Shown here one piece after another: positions 25,923 to 38,309 of a stretch of 64,000 nucleotides of DNA (positions are counted from its first letter, which is position 1; the number at the start of each line of letters is the position of its first letter). A program made the position numbers and the translations under genes. The stretch is taken from the NCBI RefSeq assembly GCF_963921235.1, contig NC_086109.1, positions 16,928,001-16,992,000 on the forward strand, given 5' to 3'. The notes beneath the pieces were generated by a model. That model saw only the letters and a program-made list of their open reading frames with translations, made no database searches and was not told the DNA's origin. This DNA is from Mobula hypostoma. Its lineage: Eukaryota.

Positions 25923-26747
25923 GTGGGCGATTTTGTGTTCCCATTATCCAGGATCAATGGCTATTGCAATCTGATAATGATCACAGAGAACATTCTCACA
26001 TCAGCCGTGACTGTCTGGCTCCATGTAGCATCCTTTCACAATATACGAAAACAACAGTGATCTGTCAGGTCAGCAGAAAGAGTTACTGGCTGCCGTCTAT
26101 CGTCACTGCAGGACTTGTATGTGTCCGGGACCAAGAGTCAGGCAGGAAAAGTTGTGGAAACTACCCTCCCTGCAAACTACCTTTTCCAAAAGCTCCCTCC
26201 CAGAAAGTGCTGTAGGGCTGTTAAAATAAAATTTCCCACCATTTTAGAAGTTTCTTCCCCCAGGCAGTTAATCTGATCAACCACTCCCACCCCAATCTCC
26301 TCTATCTGTCACCTCCATCACTACTGCAATGTAAACCATTTACAGTATTTTCTATAATGCTGTTTACATTGTAAATACTTGCTGGTATTTATATATTAAT
26401 ACACATTTTATTTCATAATCCTACTTTAACCTTTAACATTTTTTGTATATTGTCGAATGGGGTTTTTTGTTGCATACCACGCTCTGACTAACACACCACA
26501 GCGTATGCCTAATTCGTGTAACTGGTGAAGAAAGTTGATCCTTGAACTTTGCAAAGTAAGTTTGTTATCGAAGTGCGCATATGTCACCATACACCACCCC
26601 AAGATTCATTTTCTTGAAGGCATTCACAATAGAACGAATAAGTACAATAGAATCAATTAACACACTACAAAGAATAACAAACAATGAATGCGTAAAAGCA
26701 ACAAATTGCAGAAATATAAAAATAATAAATAATAAATAAATAGATTG

Positions 26748-27385
26748 ATAGATTAGATTATGAGAACACTCAGTCCCCTTTTTATTGTCATTTAGAAATG
26801 CATACATGCATTAAGAAATGATACAATGTTTCTCCGGAGTGATATCACAGAAAACAGGACAAACCAAAGACTAACACTGACAGAATCACATAATTATAAC
26901 ATTTAGTTACAGCAGTGCAAAGCAATACCATAATTTGATGAAGAACAAACCATGGGCACGGTAAAAAATAGTCTCAAAGTCCCCGAGTCGATCGACTCCC
27001 AAGTCCCCGATAGCAGGCGGAGAAACTCCCAGCCATAAACCTCCAGGCACCGTCAACTTGTCCATGCCTTGGAAGCAGCCAACCACAGCCGTCACTGAGT
27101 CCGTCCGTCCAAAAATTTGAACCTCCGACCAGCCCCTCTGATACAGCCTCCCAAGAGCCATCCTCTGCCGAGCACCTTCGACCTCGCCCTGGCCGCTGAA
27201 ACAAGCAAAGCCGAGGATTTCGGGGCCTTCAGCTCCGGAGATTCCGGTTACCACACAGTAGCAGCGGCAGCGAAACGGGCATTTCAGAAGTTTTCCAGAT
27301 GTTCCTCCGTACTCTCACGTCTGTCTCCATCAAATCGGAATTGTGCACGGTCCCCTACTTGACAGATTACAGACATCACCACCGA
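26748..27385 (-). mobile_element. Unclassified non-autonomous retroelement (GC/CpG-rich body, AT-rich 3' end, (TAATC)n tail)
   Basis: Homologous to 56601-57180 in the opposite orientation. Confidence 0.7.
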
Positions 27386-27789
27386 AGTGGCTGATAGATA
27401 GGTAAATAGATAAGTAAATAGGAAGGTGGGTGGATAGATCAATAGGGATAGATCATGAGACATGAGTTGCAGGATCCTTGAAAGTGACTCCACAGACGAT
27501 GGAATCAGTTCAGTGTCGAGGTGGGTGAAGTTATCCACGCTGATTCAGGAGCCTGATAGTTGAAGGCCAGTAACTGTTCCTGAAACTGGTGGTGTGAGAC
27601 CCAAAGTACAGGAGTACTTCCTTCCCAGTGGCAACAGTGAGACGAGAGCATGGCCTGGATGCTGGGGGTCCTTGAAGATGGATGCTGCTTTCTTGAGGCA
27701 GCAGAAGAGCAAGACTGGGCCTTCTGGCTCTGTGAGCCTGCTCTACTCTTCTACCATCAGAGAGAATGCATTTAAGGTGAGAGGGGGTG

Positions 27790-28021
27790 TGATGCACCTT
27801 CAATTACTCCAAAAGACTGAAGTAGCGTAAATACTGAAAGGCTTTTATTCACAGTAAAATATGACTTCCAGCATGCTGCGTGTCTGCCCTTGGACTGAGG
27901 GGGAGGAGCAAGGTGAAATCACCTTTATTCAGGGGTCTGTGTGAGGAGCCACAGGGGCAGTCAGCAGAGGGCGTGTCCAGACGGTTAACCCAGTTACAAC
28001 ATATATATATGGTTTACCACA
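27790..28021 (-). mobile_element. Solo LTR (232 bp) inserted into a CR1 fragment
   Basis: TG...CA termini, 5-bp TSD GGGTG (27785-27789 and 28022-28026) and AATAAA on the minus strand. Removing it restores the CR1 sequence AAGGTGAGAGGGGGTGATTTCAAAGGGGATGTGAGG. Confidence 0.85.
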
Positions 28022-28864
28022 GGGTGATTTCAAAGGGGATGTGAGGGGCAAGTTTTTAACACAAAGTGTCTCCTGGACCCTGCTGCCGGTGTGGTGCTAG
28101 AGGCAGATACATTAGGGACTTTTAAGAGACATTTAGGCAGGCATATGAATGTGAGGAAAATGAAGAAAATAGATATTGTGTAGGCAGGAGGGCTTATTTT
28201 AGTTGACCATTTGATTATTAATTTAATTGGTTTGGGACCATGTGTTCTTGTGCTGTACTGTCTTCTGTTTCTACGTTATATCATGATCAAAGCTGATCTT
28301 CTACCTCAGCGCTCTTACCCTGCACATACCCTTTCATTCCCTTATTATGGTGTCAAAGCAATTAGTTCTGCTACCTCACAACACAGGGGGACCTGGGTTC
28401 AGTCTTGGCCTCAGGTGCACTCTCACTGGAGTTTATCCATTCTCTCTGTGACCATGTGGCTTTCCTCCTGGTGCCCCAGTCCCTAAAGATGCTTTGGTCA
28501 GTTAATTGCCTTCTGCAAATTAATGTAGGGGCATGGTCTAAAGGACCAGAGAGGAGCTGATGGGACTGAGAACATTGGGAGGGTGCAGGGGAATGGGGAA
28601 TGGCACAGGGGCTTATGGAATCACTCTACTGGAAACCAGAATAGACCTAAAGTGCTGAATATCCTCCTTCTGGGCCATAATAAGTAAGGAAGGATATCCA
28701 GGAGAATATGGATGAATTAAATGGCTTGGCCTCCACAACTCTCTGGAATAGAGAATTCTGAAAATTCATCTACCTCTGAATGAGTCAGTAACAACATTGA
28801 AAAACAATTGAATATATAGGTAGAATCTGGGAAGGATCGTGAACATCTCGACATTTTTTTTTAG

Positions 28865-29120
28865 GGTGGCATGGTAGTGTAACTCAATGCTTTATACTAC
28901 CAGCAACCCAGGTTCAATTCCCACCGCTGCCCGTAACCGTGTGGGCTTCCTCCGGGTGTTCCAATTCGCTGCCACAGTCCGAAAACTTACTGGTTGGTAG
29001 GTTAGTTGGTCATTGTGAGTTGTCCCATGATTAGGTAGGATTAAATCATGGGATTGCTGGGTGGTGCAGCTCGAAGGGCTAGGAGGGCCTATTTTGTGCT
29101 GTATCTCAATACATAAATAA
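28865..29120 (+). mobile_element. tRNA-derived SINE with CR1-like 3' tail; related copies near 11605-11850, 50375-50680, 55725-55990, 58810-59035 and 60335-60650
   Basis: GGTGGCATGGTAGTGTA...GGTTCAATTCC head, GTGGGCTTCCTCCGGGTG body, and GGGCCT...GTGCTGTATCTC(AATA)n tail. Confidence 0.7.
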
Positions 29121-30099
29121 TATTCAAAATCTTTAAAATAATCTGTGTAACCTAATTTCATTTTTCTGTTGACCTTTTTGGGGATTCCACTTAATATCAA
29201 AAATCCAACTGCACAATTCAAAACACCGAAAGTTCCTGGCTAATAACTAGCCCACCAAACAACCCAAGAAATAAGTAACCTTTTGCAGAGCATTCTGGGT
29301 AGTTGCAGGTGGTGCCACGGTAAATGTGACCGATCCTTGGTTTAAAGGGGTCAGCCAGTCAGACCAAGATGAGGAGAAATATATTTGTTAAGAGGTTACA
29401 AAACTGGAATTCACTCCTCTAAAAGCCTTGGACTCTCAGTGAACGTTCTAGAGTAAGATCAATAGATACTTCTTCAGCCAACACAACAGAATCTGTTGGC
29501 TAACCAACAGAAACAATGGCGGTATCCATTATTAAGGACTCCTGGGAGCTACCATGACATGCGCTCTTCTTATTCCTACTTGAACTTGAAAACCCAGACT
29601 CAGCATTTTAGGAATAATGTCTTCCCCTCCACCATCATATTTCTGAATGGTCCATGAACCCATGAACTCTACCCCACTATACCTCTCCTGCACTGTTTAT
29701 ATATTTTTATTATAAGTTACATTAATTTTTTATGTCTTGCAATGTACTACAACTATCAAACAACAGATTTCATGACATATGTCAAAGATATTAAACCTGA
29801 TCTGGTCCTGGTTCCCAGAACATAAAACGTCACAGCCAGTCATTGAACGTTTCATCATTTTGTACATCAGTTAAGTTACCTCTCATCCTCCTTCGCTTGA
29901 GGAAGAAAATCCTGAGCTCACACAAGCTAGGCTCATAAGAGATACTCTCCTGGTAAATCAAGGATTAAGGGGATGGTGCAGGAAAATAATGATGAGCTGA
30001 AAGACCTCCAGGATCTCACTGAATTGAGAAACAGATACATGGATTCAGCGGCCCGATGATTTCAAGAGATTTTCTAATAGCAGCCATTTGTTGCTTTAG

Positions 30100-30265
30100 G
30101 TGCTGTACAAGCCTGAAGACGAGTCATCCATCAAAGTCACAGAAACCAGCAAAAACTCTGTGCAGCTGCCATTCTCTGAGGATCTGAGCTACCTGGTGGT
30201 GATCCGAGCATCAGGGGAGGGAGGGGATGGAGCAGCTGCGAAAATCAGGATATCTAAAGGCTCAG
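30100..30265 (+). CDS. CNTN2: Contactin-2 exon (FnIII-4, second half)
   Basis: Acceptor ttgctttag, donor CAG|gtgagt, 166 nt, phase 0-1. Encodes VLYKPEDESSIKVTETSKNSVQLPFSEDLSYLVVIRASGEGGDGAAAKIRISKGS. Confidence 0.93.
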
Positions 30266-31321
30266 GTGAGTGGAACATTGGGAAGAATCTGGAGTCAGTG
30301 GGAGTGGACATGGGCATTCCGGCATTGAGGTTCGAGCCCAATTATAAGGAGTGCCTTTTCCCCAGCTCTCCTGTCACTTCCAGTCTTAAACTGAAGTGGG
30401 CTTAGGCAGAGGCAATTCACTCACTACTTGTCTGGTAGCTCCCATGTCGGTAGACTTCCCAAGAAATATGAGAAACTTTGTACTGTATTGTGGAGGTCGT
30501 ACCTAGGTTTGCAATTAAAGCACATGATAGAGTGACGCAGTCTCACAACTCGCGCAACTTGAGTTCTATCTTGACCTTGGATTCTGGCAATGTAGTAGTT
30601 TCCCTTTGATCACATGGATTTCCTTCAGATGATCCGGTTTCTTCCCACATCCCAAGAAAATGTGCCAGCTGGTGGGTTAATTGGCCACAGAGTGGTAGAA
30701 TCTTGGGGGAGCCGATGAGAAAGTTGGAAGAACAAAATAAGTTAGGGTAGGTTTAGTGTACAAGTGGTAGTGGTGAGCATTGGTTTAATGGGCCAAATGG
30801 CCTGTTTCTGTGTCTATCTCTGTAAATAACTCATAATAGACTTGAAATTGAAATTGGTTTTGTTATTATCGCATATACTGAGATACAGTGAAAAACTTCT
30901 CTTGCATACTGTTGATACAGATCAGATCGTTACGCAGTGCATTGAGGCAGAACAAGGGAAGACAGTTAAAGGATGCAGAATAAAGGGCAACATGCATAGA
31001 GAAAGTGCAGTGCAGGTAGACAATAAGCTGCAAGATCATAACAGGACAGATAGTGAGGACACGAATCCGTCCTTTCAGCTTTGGTGATTGCAGAAGCAAT
31101 ATTACTTTGACAAACACGAGAAATTCTGTAGATGCTGGCCTGAGAACAACACAGGCCAGGTGGCAACTATGGAAAAGAGTAAATAGTCGACATTTCGGGC
31201 AGGGGACTCGTTAGGACTGAGTCGTCCTTCATTTTGTGAATATTACTTTGAGCTTGATGCCTAATTGATTTCAATTAATGAATAAGTCCTTGCTGTTCAT
31301 TGTCAATATATGGAATACATA

Positions 31322-31884
31322 CATTCTGTGACTACTTTATCATGTGCCTCCTGTACCTAATAAAATAGCCACTGAGTGTATGTTTGTGGTCTTTTGCTAT
31401 TGTAGCCCATTTACTTCAAGATTTTATGTGTTGTGTGTTCAGAGATGCTCTTCTACACACCACTGTTGTGACACGTGGTTATTTAAGCTACCCTCACCTT
31501 TCTGTCAGCTTGAACCAGTCTGGCCATTCTCCTCTGACCTCTCTCCTTAACAAGGCATTTTCGCCCACAGAACTGCTGCTCACTGGCTGTTTTGTTTTTT
31601 TTCTTTGTCACACCGTTCTCTGTAAACTCTAGAGACTGTTGTGTGTGAAAACCCGGGAGATCTGCAGTTCCTGAGATACTCAAACCACCCAGTCTGACAC
31701 CAACAATCAAAGTCACTTAGATCACATTTCTTCCCCATTCTGATGTTTTCTCTGAACAACAACTGACCATTTTGACCATGTCTGCATGTTTTTATACATT
31801 GCGTTGCTACCATATGACTGGCAATTAGATATTTGAATTAATGAACTGGTGTACAGGCGGACCAAAAAAAGTGGCCACAGACTG
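31322..31884 (-). mobile_element. Internally deleted Tc1/mariner DNA transposon
   Basis: TA flanks. Imperfect TIRs CATTCTGTGACTACTTTAT and CAGTCTGTGGCCACTTTTT (reverse complement). Frameshifted transposase N-terminus MGKKCDLSDFD / GLSISGTADL / GFSHTTVSRVYRE / QFCGRKCLVKERGQRRMARLVQADRK. Confidence 0.88.
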
Positions 31885-32429
31885 TATACATAAATTAAAA
31901 CTAAGCCATTTAGCCCATCTGGTTCAAAATACTGTTCAGGTCTATACCAGCTACTTCCTCTTTCTCTTGTGTCATGGACCCTCAGTTAATGGGAAGGGTC
32001 CATGGCATAAAAATGTTGGGAACCCCTGCTTTACATTTAATTTCCCCAGTCTAACTATTCTATTGAGCCCATGTGATCCTTTTGTAACTAACTCACATTC
32101 TAACAAGAATCAAAGTCAAGTTTATTGTCTTGTTCACCAGTACATGTATGCCCAAGGGTAGCAAAAAACTTTCTTGCACCAGTACCAGAGGTACATAGCA
32201 TCAGATACAAAAAGTTCGCAAGAAAAAAATGGATGAGCAACATAAATATATCATTGTAGGAACAGGATGGCATCTCTTATCTTGAATGGACAGATTTGCT
32301 TCATTGGGAGTAATTGGGGGCTGGAAAAAGGAGTTACATTGAAACAAACGGGAGATAATCTGAGGGGGAGAGGCAAGGTGGAGTCTGCACATTTTGGAGT
32401 TGGTGCAGCATTACGGGCTTCTGTACCCT

Positions 32430-32745
32430 ATTGATTGGAAATAGATTCCTTCTTCAGCCCTTTACCTTTTCCACCTATCACCTCCCAGCTTCTTACTTCA
32501 TTCTCCTTCCCCCACCCACTTGGGTCTTCGTATATCACCTTCTAGTTTATACTCATCCCCCCTCCTCCCCATCCCCCATCTTCTTTTTCTGTCTTCGTCC
32601 TCATTCCTTTCCAGTCCTGATGAAGGGTCGCGGCCCAAAACGCCAACTGGCTGTTCCTTTCCATAGGTGCTGCCTGTCTTGCTGAGTTCCTCCAGCATTT
32701 TGGGTGTGTTGCTCTGGATTTCTAGCATCTGCAGAATTTCTGGTG
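32430..32745 (+). mobile_element. Penelope-derived 3'/pLTR fragment
   Basis: Pyrimidine-rich tract, then CAGTCCTGATGAAGGGTCGCGGCCCAAAACG and GAGTTCCTCCAGCATTTTG...GCATCTGCAGAA. Confidence 0.85.
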
Positions 32746-34074
32746 TTTAAAGTATAAACTGAGTCCACTTGAAGAGGAGATTACACTTTGGCCATGATCA
32801 CAGGGGTTCAGAGAACTCTCATTGGACTCCTCGGAGAAGTGGTTCTGACCAATGTTGGACTAAAAGAATAGAAACATCCTTGTCAGGGCCAGGGTGTTCC
32901 TCAGCCTGGTTCTCCTCACCTTCTCCCCTTCCCCTGGGCCTCAATGAAGTGTTTGTTTCTGTGCCTGCTGCACTCAGGGGGCTCTCCTAAAATCAGATTA
33001 CTCTCACAGGGAACATCTGAGAGGCTCCAGACTGGTCGGAATACTATTACCTCATGCCTTGCCGCCAACAAGTAACGTCTGCTTGAGTTCTCATCTGCTT
33101 GTAAACAAATTTGACACGTTTTATTGTGCCTCCGCTTAACTGGTGATGTCAGATGTTTGTGATAAACAGTATGTTTAAGATGAAGTAAGCTGTCTTTCCC
33201 TTGTGCCTGAACACGCTGTCAGCTCAAATATAAACTCCCCTGAATGGCAGAAAGGAGAGGCTATAATGAGGGGAATAGTTTAACCTCCATACCCTGCTGA
33301 CTCATTAGATTCTAATACGATTAGACATAGGAGGAAAATCAGTCCATTTGCCCCACTGAATCTGCTCTGCCATTCCATCATGACTGATTTATTATCCCTC
33401 TCAACCTCATTCTCCTGCCCTCTCCCCGTAACCTTTGCCTCCCTTTTATCCACCTTCAATATACCCAATGACTCCGCAGTGGACTGTGGCAAAGAATTCC
33501 AAAGATTTGCCATCCTCTGTCTAAAGAAATTCCTCTTCATCTCATTTCTAAAGGGACGTACATCTATTCTGAGGCTGTGTCCTCTGGTCCTATAGGAAAC
33601 ATCCTCTCCTTGTCCATTTTATCTAAACTTTTCAATATTTGGTAGTACAGAATACCTGCAGGAACATAAGGAGGATTGTCTTTAGATATTCACTTAAGTA
33701 TTATTTGCCATATCCGATTACAGTCACAGAGTCATGGAAAAGTACAGCACCGAAACAGGCCCTTTGGCCCATCTAGTCCATGCTGAACCATTTAGACTGC
33801 CTAATCCCATCAATTTGCACACGGACCACAGCCATTCATACCCCTCTATCCATGTACTATGTAAATTCCTTTTAAATGTTAAAATCGAGCTCACATGCTT
33901 GGTCCACACTCTGAGTGAAGTAGTTCCCCCTCATGTTCCCCTTAAACCTTACACCTTTTTCTCTTAACCCATGACCTCTCGCTGTAGTCCCATCTAATCT
34001 CAGTGGGAAAAGACTGCTTGCATTTGCCCTATCTGTACCCCCTCATAATTCTGCAGAGTCACAAGGGATTATTC

Positions 34075-34410
34075 AGGTGCTGGAAATCTTCAGCAACACA
34101 TGCAAAATGCTGGTGGAACTCAACAGGTCAGGCAGAATACATGGGTGGTGGGGAACGGAAATAAACTGTCGATGTTTCAGGCCAAGACCTTTCAGCAGGA
34201 ATGGAAAGGAAAGAGGCAGAGTCCAAAATAAGAAGGTGGTGGGGTGGAAGGAGGAGAAGTACAAGCTGGCACTAGATGAGACCAGGTGAAAGGGAAGATG
34301 GGTGGGGGAGGAGGGGGAGATGACGTGAGAAACTGGGAGGAGATAGGTAGAAGAGGTGAAGGTCTCAAGAGGAAGAAATCTGACAGGAAAGGACAGTGAA
34401 CCATGGAATA
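34075..34410 (-). mobile_element. Penelope-derived 3'/pLTR fragment
   Basis: Reverse complement of the same family as 32430-32745. Confidence 0.82.
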
Positions 34411-36918
34411 AAGGAATGAAAATTACTGAAATAACTTTGATATCAATATTAATTCAATTATCTGCAATATCACTTTAAAATCTGAGAGATAGATATGGAT
34501 GGGCAGACTGATAATAACAAACAAGAAGTTGAAAGAACTCAATGGGTCAGGCAGTATCTGTAGAAGGAAATAGCCCCTCGCCATTCTGGGTTGAGACCCT
34601 TTGCCAAAGCTGAAAAATAAAAGGGAGAGAACCAGAATAGAAAGGTGAAGGGAAGGAGTTGGGACAAGAGCTCGCAAGCACTAGGTGGACCCAGGTGAGG
34701 AGGGGTGATAGACGGATGAATGGAATGATATTTCCTAATCAGGCCAGATATAAAGGGAGGGATATGAGTAGAGAAAATCAGTGGGAGGAGTGTGCGGAGA
34801 GGGTGGGGAAGGTGAAGCAGATATTGTGATAGGGTCCAGTTGGATCAGAAGGGGAGTGAAAAAAGGGGAAAAGGGGCAGAGGTAGAGCAGTTACCCAATA
34901 TTTGTGAACTTGATGTTCATACCACCAGGTTCACCTGGGTATGGTCAGAATCTGCCATGGAACTTTAGGACTGGACATCAGTCCACTGTCCAGGCCCACC
35001 TGGGAGCTGAAGATGGTGTTAAACAGTGTACATTGTTCCTGTGCATTTCCTTCATTTCTTACAACAGAGAAGGAGGCCATTCAGTCCAAAAGATCCATAC
35101 TAGCTCTCAGTGCAATCAATTCCACGCCTCCAATTATTTCCCAGTAACCCCTCCGCCCTCACATATCCATCAATCCACACTGATCTCTCCTGAAACACAG
35201 CTTCATTAGGGGGTCAACTAATCCACCAACCAGCACATCTTTGGAACGTAGGAGGAAACAGGAGCATTGGGGTCAAGGAGACAATGTACAAGCTCTGCAC
35301 AGATAGCACCAGAGGTCAGGAACCAAACCCAGTTCACTGGAGGTGTGAGGCAGCAACATGTACCTCTATATCACCCTGTTGTAGCAAAGTTCAGAAGGTT
35401 GACAATAAACACACAGGTGGCATAGACTATTTGAGATTCAGATTCAGAATTATTTATCACTTGTACATCAAAACATGCTTCGTTTGCATTAACAACCAAC
35501 ACAACCTAACAATGTGCTAGGGGCTGCCCGCAAGTGTTGTCACACATTCCAACACCAATGTACATGCCTAAAATGCTCAACTCAAGCAACAAAACATCAA
35601 CAGGAAAGGAAGTTCCTTTCCTACACTCACGGATAATCCTCCAACTCTAGAACAAACCTCCGAGACTCCAGTCTTCAGGCTTCAGACAGCATGCTTCGAC
35701 TTCCAGACATCTGTACTCAGGGCAATTGGGACAGACTCCTTTCTGCATGACTCTGTGACTCCTGCTCGATGGCGCCATGAATTAACCACATCAGGGTTTA
35801 AATGCTAATTGGGAATTGGCCGTACCAATTTCCTCTCTAACCAAGATTGAAAAATCATAGTGTCATAGAAAAGTACAGCATAGAGACAGGCCCTTCTGCC
35901 CATCTGGTCTGTGCTGAACCATTTAAGCTTCCTATTGCCATTAACCTGCACTGGGACCATACTCTCCCTACCCCTCCCATCCATTACCTATCCAATTATC
36001 TCTCAAATGTTGAAATCGAGCCTGCATGCACCACTTGCGCTGACAGCTGGTTCCACACTCTCATGACCCTCTGAGTGAAGAAGTGTCCCCTCATGTCCCC
36101 CTTAAATATTTCACCCTTAAGCACCAGGATTACTTCCTTCACCAGAGATTTATCAGAGGAATTCCCTCCCTCGACTACATGTATATATGTATCTGCTGTC
36201 ATTTACTGTTACCCAAATTCGCTGCTCCCTCACATCAGATGAGAATCCAGATAATTCAGAATTGGACTACAACACTAGTAAAGTTTTTCCTTGATTTGTT
36301 ATTGTCACGTGTTTTGCATTGAAAAACAGTTTTGCATGTCATCAGTACAGATCATTACATCACGTCAAGAGAGAACAAGCCAAGAGCATTGACAGAAAGC
36401 AGAATGAAGTGTTACAGTTGCAGAGGAAGTGTAGTGCAGACAGACGATAAGCTGCAAGGCCACGATGAGGTAGACAGTGAGGTCACGGGTCATCTGATCA
36501 TGAAAGGATAGAAACCCTCCTTGAGACTGGTGGTATGTTATTTCAGGTTTTTGGACCTTCTGCTCAATGGGAGGGGAGAGAAGAGAGAAGGTCTGGGGTG
36601 GAAAGGATCTTTGATTACCTGGGCTGCTTTACCAATGCAGTGAGAAATGTAAATGGATCTCCAATTCCCTGATATAATCATATATACGGCACATCTTATT
36701 CAACACTCAGGCCCTCTCACTTTGCTGACATCTCTTCTGCATTTAAACACAGAGGCTTCTACACAAACTGTGGAACCGTAGAGGAAAGCTCAATTAACAA
36801 TTACTGACCAGTGCTATTGTATATGAGGTGATATCGGTCAACAGTCTTCAATGTGTGAACATTTGCATGTCATTTTTTGGACAAGTTTTTAAAGGATCTC
36901 ATCATTCTTAACCTGCAG

Positions 36919-37019
36919 GTACCAGCATGATGGTGAATGACTCAGGGGTGCAAGTCCTCCACAACGTTCTCTTCACTGCCATACTAACACTTATTACTAT
37001 TGGCTGCCTGGAACTCTGA
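36919..37019 (+). CDS. CNTN2: Contactin-2 terminal coding exon, GPI-anchor signal
   Basis: Acceptor cttaacctgcag, phase 1. Encodes GTSMMVNDSGVQVLHNVLFTAILTLITIGCLEL then TGA (37017-37019). Matches the recalled CNTN2 C-terminus GTSMMVEN...LILIGSLEL: small residues followed by a hydrophobic tail. Confidence 0.94.
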
Positions 37020-37099
37020 CTGCAACCACTCACCTGAATCGTTGCTGCACGCCATTTTCCAATGAAGGATGAGTCATCCAACACCAAACTGTTTATAGT

Positions 37100-37105
37100 A
37101 TTAAA
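37100..37105 (+). promoter_or_regulatory. Possible proximal polyadenylation signal (ATTAAA)
   Basis: ATTAAA about 80 nt after the stop, followed by T/GT-rich sequence. The first canonical AATAAA I see downstream is at 39092, inside a repeat. Confidence 0.3.
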
Positions 37106-38123
37106 AAATGTGACATTTGTCTTACAATTTTAGGTAGAAACTTTCATACATTTGTTGAATGGGGGTAAGAAACATAAAAATTTTGTAAAAAAAAAATGGG
37201 AAACATCAACAATAAGATTTCATAATCTGTTTGATTTGGAGGTTGTAACCTGGGGGAGTTAAATTGGACAATAATATACCAGAGACTGAGCTGTATAGAA
37301 CAATCTTTCCTTTTATATGCAAAGTGTTGTACATTTGTAGATACAATGCCTAATCCAGACAGGAGATTTTGGCTACATGGTTTCCAAGGTCCAAGAAGGT
37401 ATTGTGATGTACCAGCTTCTCTGTGGAACTTGTCCCTTTTGCACAGTTTCACCTCTCACATCTTTTGGTTCTGGCTCTTGGATCTTGAAAGTTCCTGAAT
37501 TTCTCTTCCTAATCACTTGAACAAGGAACCTACCCAAATGACAATTCCTTCCGAATTACCCTGACCCCTCCCAACCTCAGAACCACTGTCACATGAGCTT
37601 TCCTGCTCGACCCAATGTGATGCTTCCTATGGTTGTCATGGTGATCCTCAGTGGAAGACATGCATGGGTGAACAGATTAAGCTGGGTTTGGTCTCTAACG
37701 GAGTGTTTTCTGTGAGTTGGTCCACGCTTACTGTTTGATGAGGTCTCTGTGATCCTCATCAGGATTAACAGTCCGAGTGTGCACAAAGTTAGATGAGGTT
37801 TACCATTTTTGACTGAGGCAGCTGATGGGAGTTAAGGTGCAGATCATCCCATGATCTAAATTAACAGGGGAAACCTGTGGGGCTGAATGGCCTACACCTG
37901 CTCCCAGTTATCATAAAGCCTGACTCAAAAATTTGAGAGGGAGAGGTCACGGAACTCAGGATATTAATTAATCAAATACCCTTAGAAGCCATCTACAGTT
38001 CAAGGAAATTGTGATCATTACCTGTTCAGCCCTTTCTGTGAAGACAAGCAATGTTGCAAGTTTCTAAGTAAATTTAAGTTCACTTAAAAAAAAAGAGAAA
38101 AAAACAAGCATGTATAGTTTGCA

Positions 38124-38309
38124 AACAACAGGAATTCTGCAGATGCTGGAAATTCAAGCAACACACATCAAAGTTGCTGGTGAACGCAGCAGGCCAGGCA
38201 GCATCTATAGGAAGTCCTGACGAAGGGTCTCGGCCTGAAACGTCGACTGCGCCTCTTCCTATAGATGCTGCCTGGCCTGCTGCGTTCACCAGCAACTTTG
38301 ATGTGTGTT
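38124..38309 (+). mobile_element. Young Penelope-derived hairpin insertion
   Basis: 16-bp TSD GCATGTATAGTTTGCA (38108-38123 and 38310-38325). Perfect 57-bp inverted repeat at 38158-38214 and 38255-38311. Confidence 0.93.
38213..38248 (+). ncRNA. Minimal type I hammerhead ribozyme motif (Penelope-associated)
   Basis: AGUC-CUGACGA-AGGGUCUCGGCCU-GAAA-C-GUC-GACU. Helix I is AGUC/GACU, the CUGANGA and GAAA core is intact, the triplet is GUC, and helix III is the palindromic ACGU. Confidence 0.72.

Noticed and set aside
2292..37019. Assignment to another contactin (CNTN1/3/4/5/6)
   Set aside because: FnIII-4 (WDHVKA.ENES.V.GYKVLY) resembles other paralogues. However, [19 protein letters not shown] and the GTSMMV...IGCLEL C-terminus fit CNTN2 best. 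A phylogeny would be decisive.
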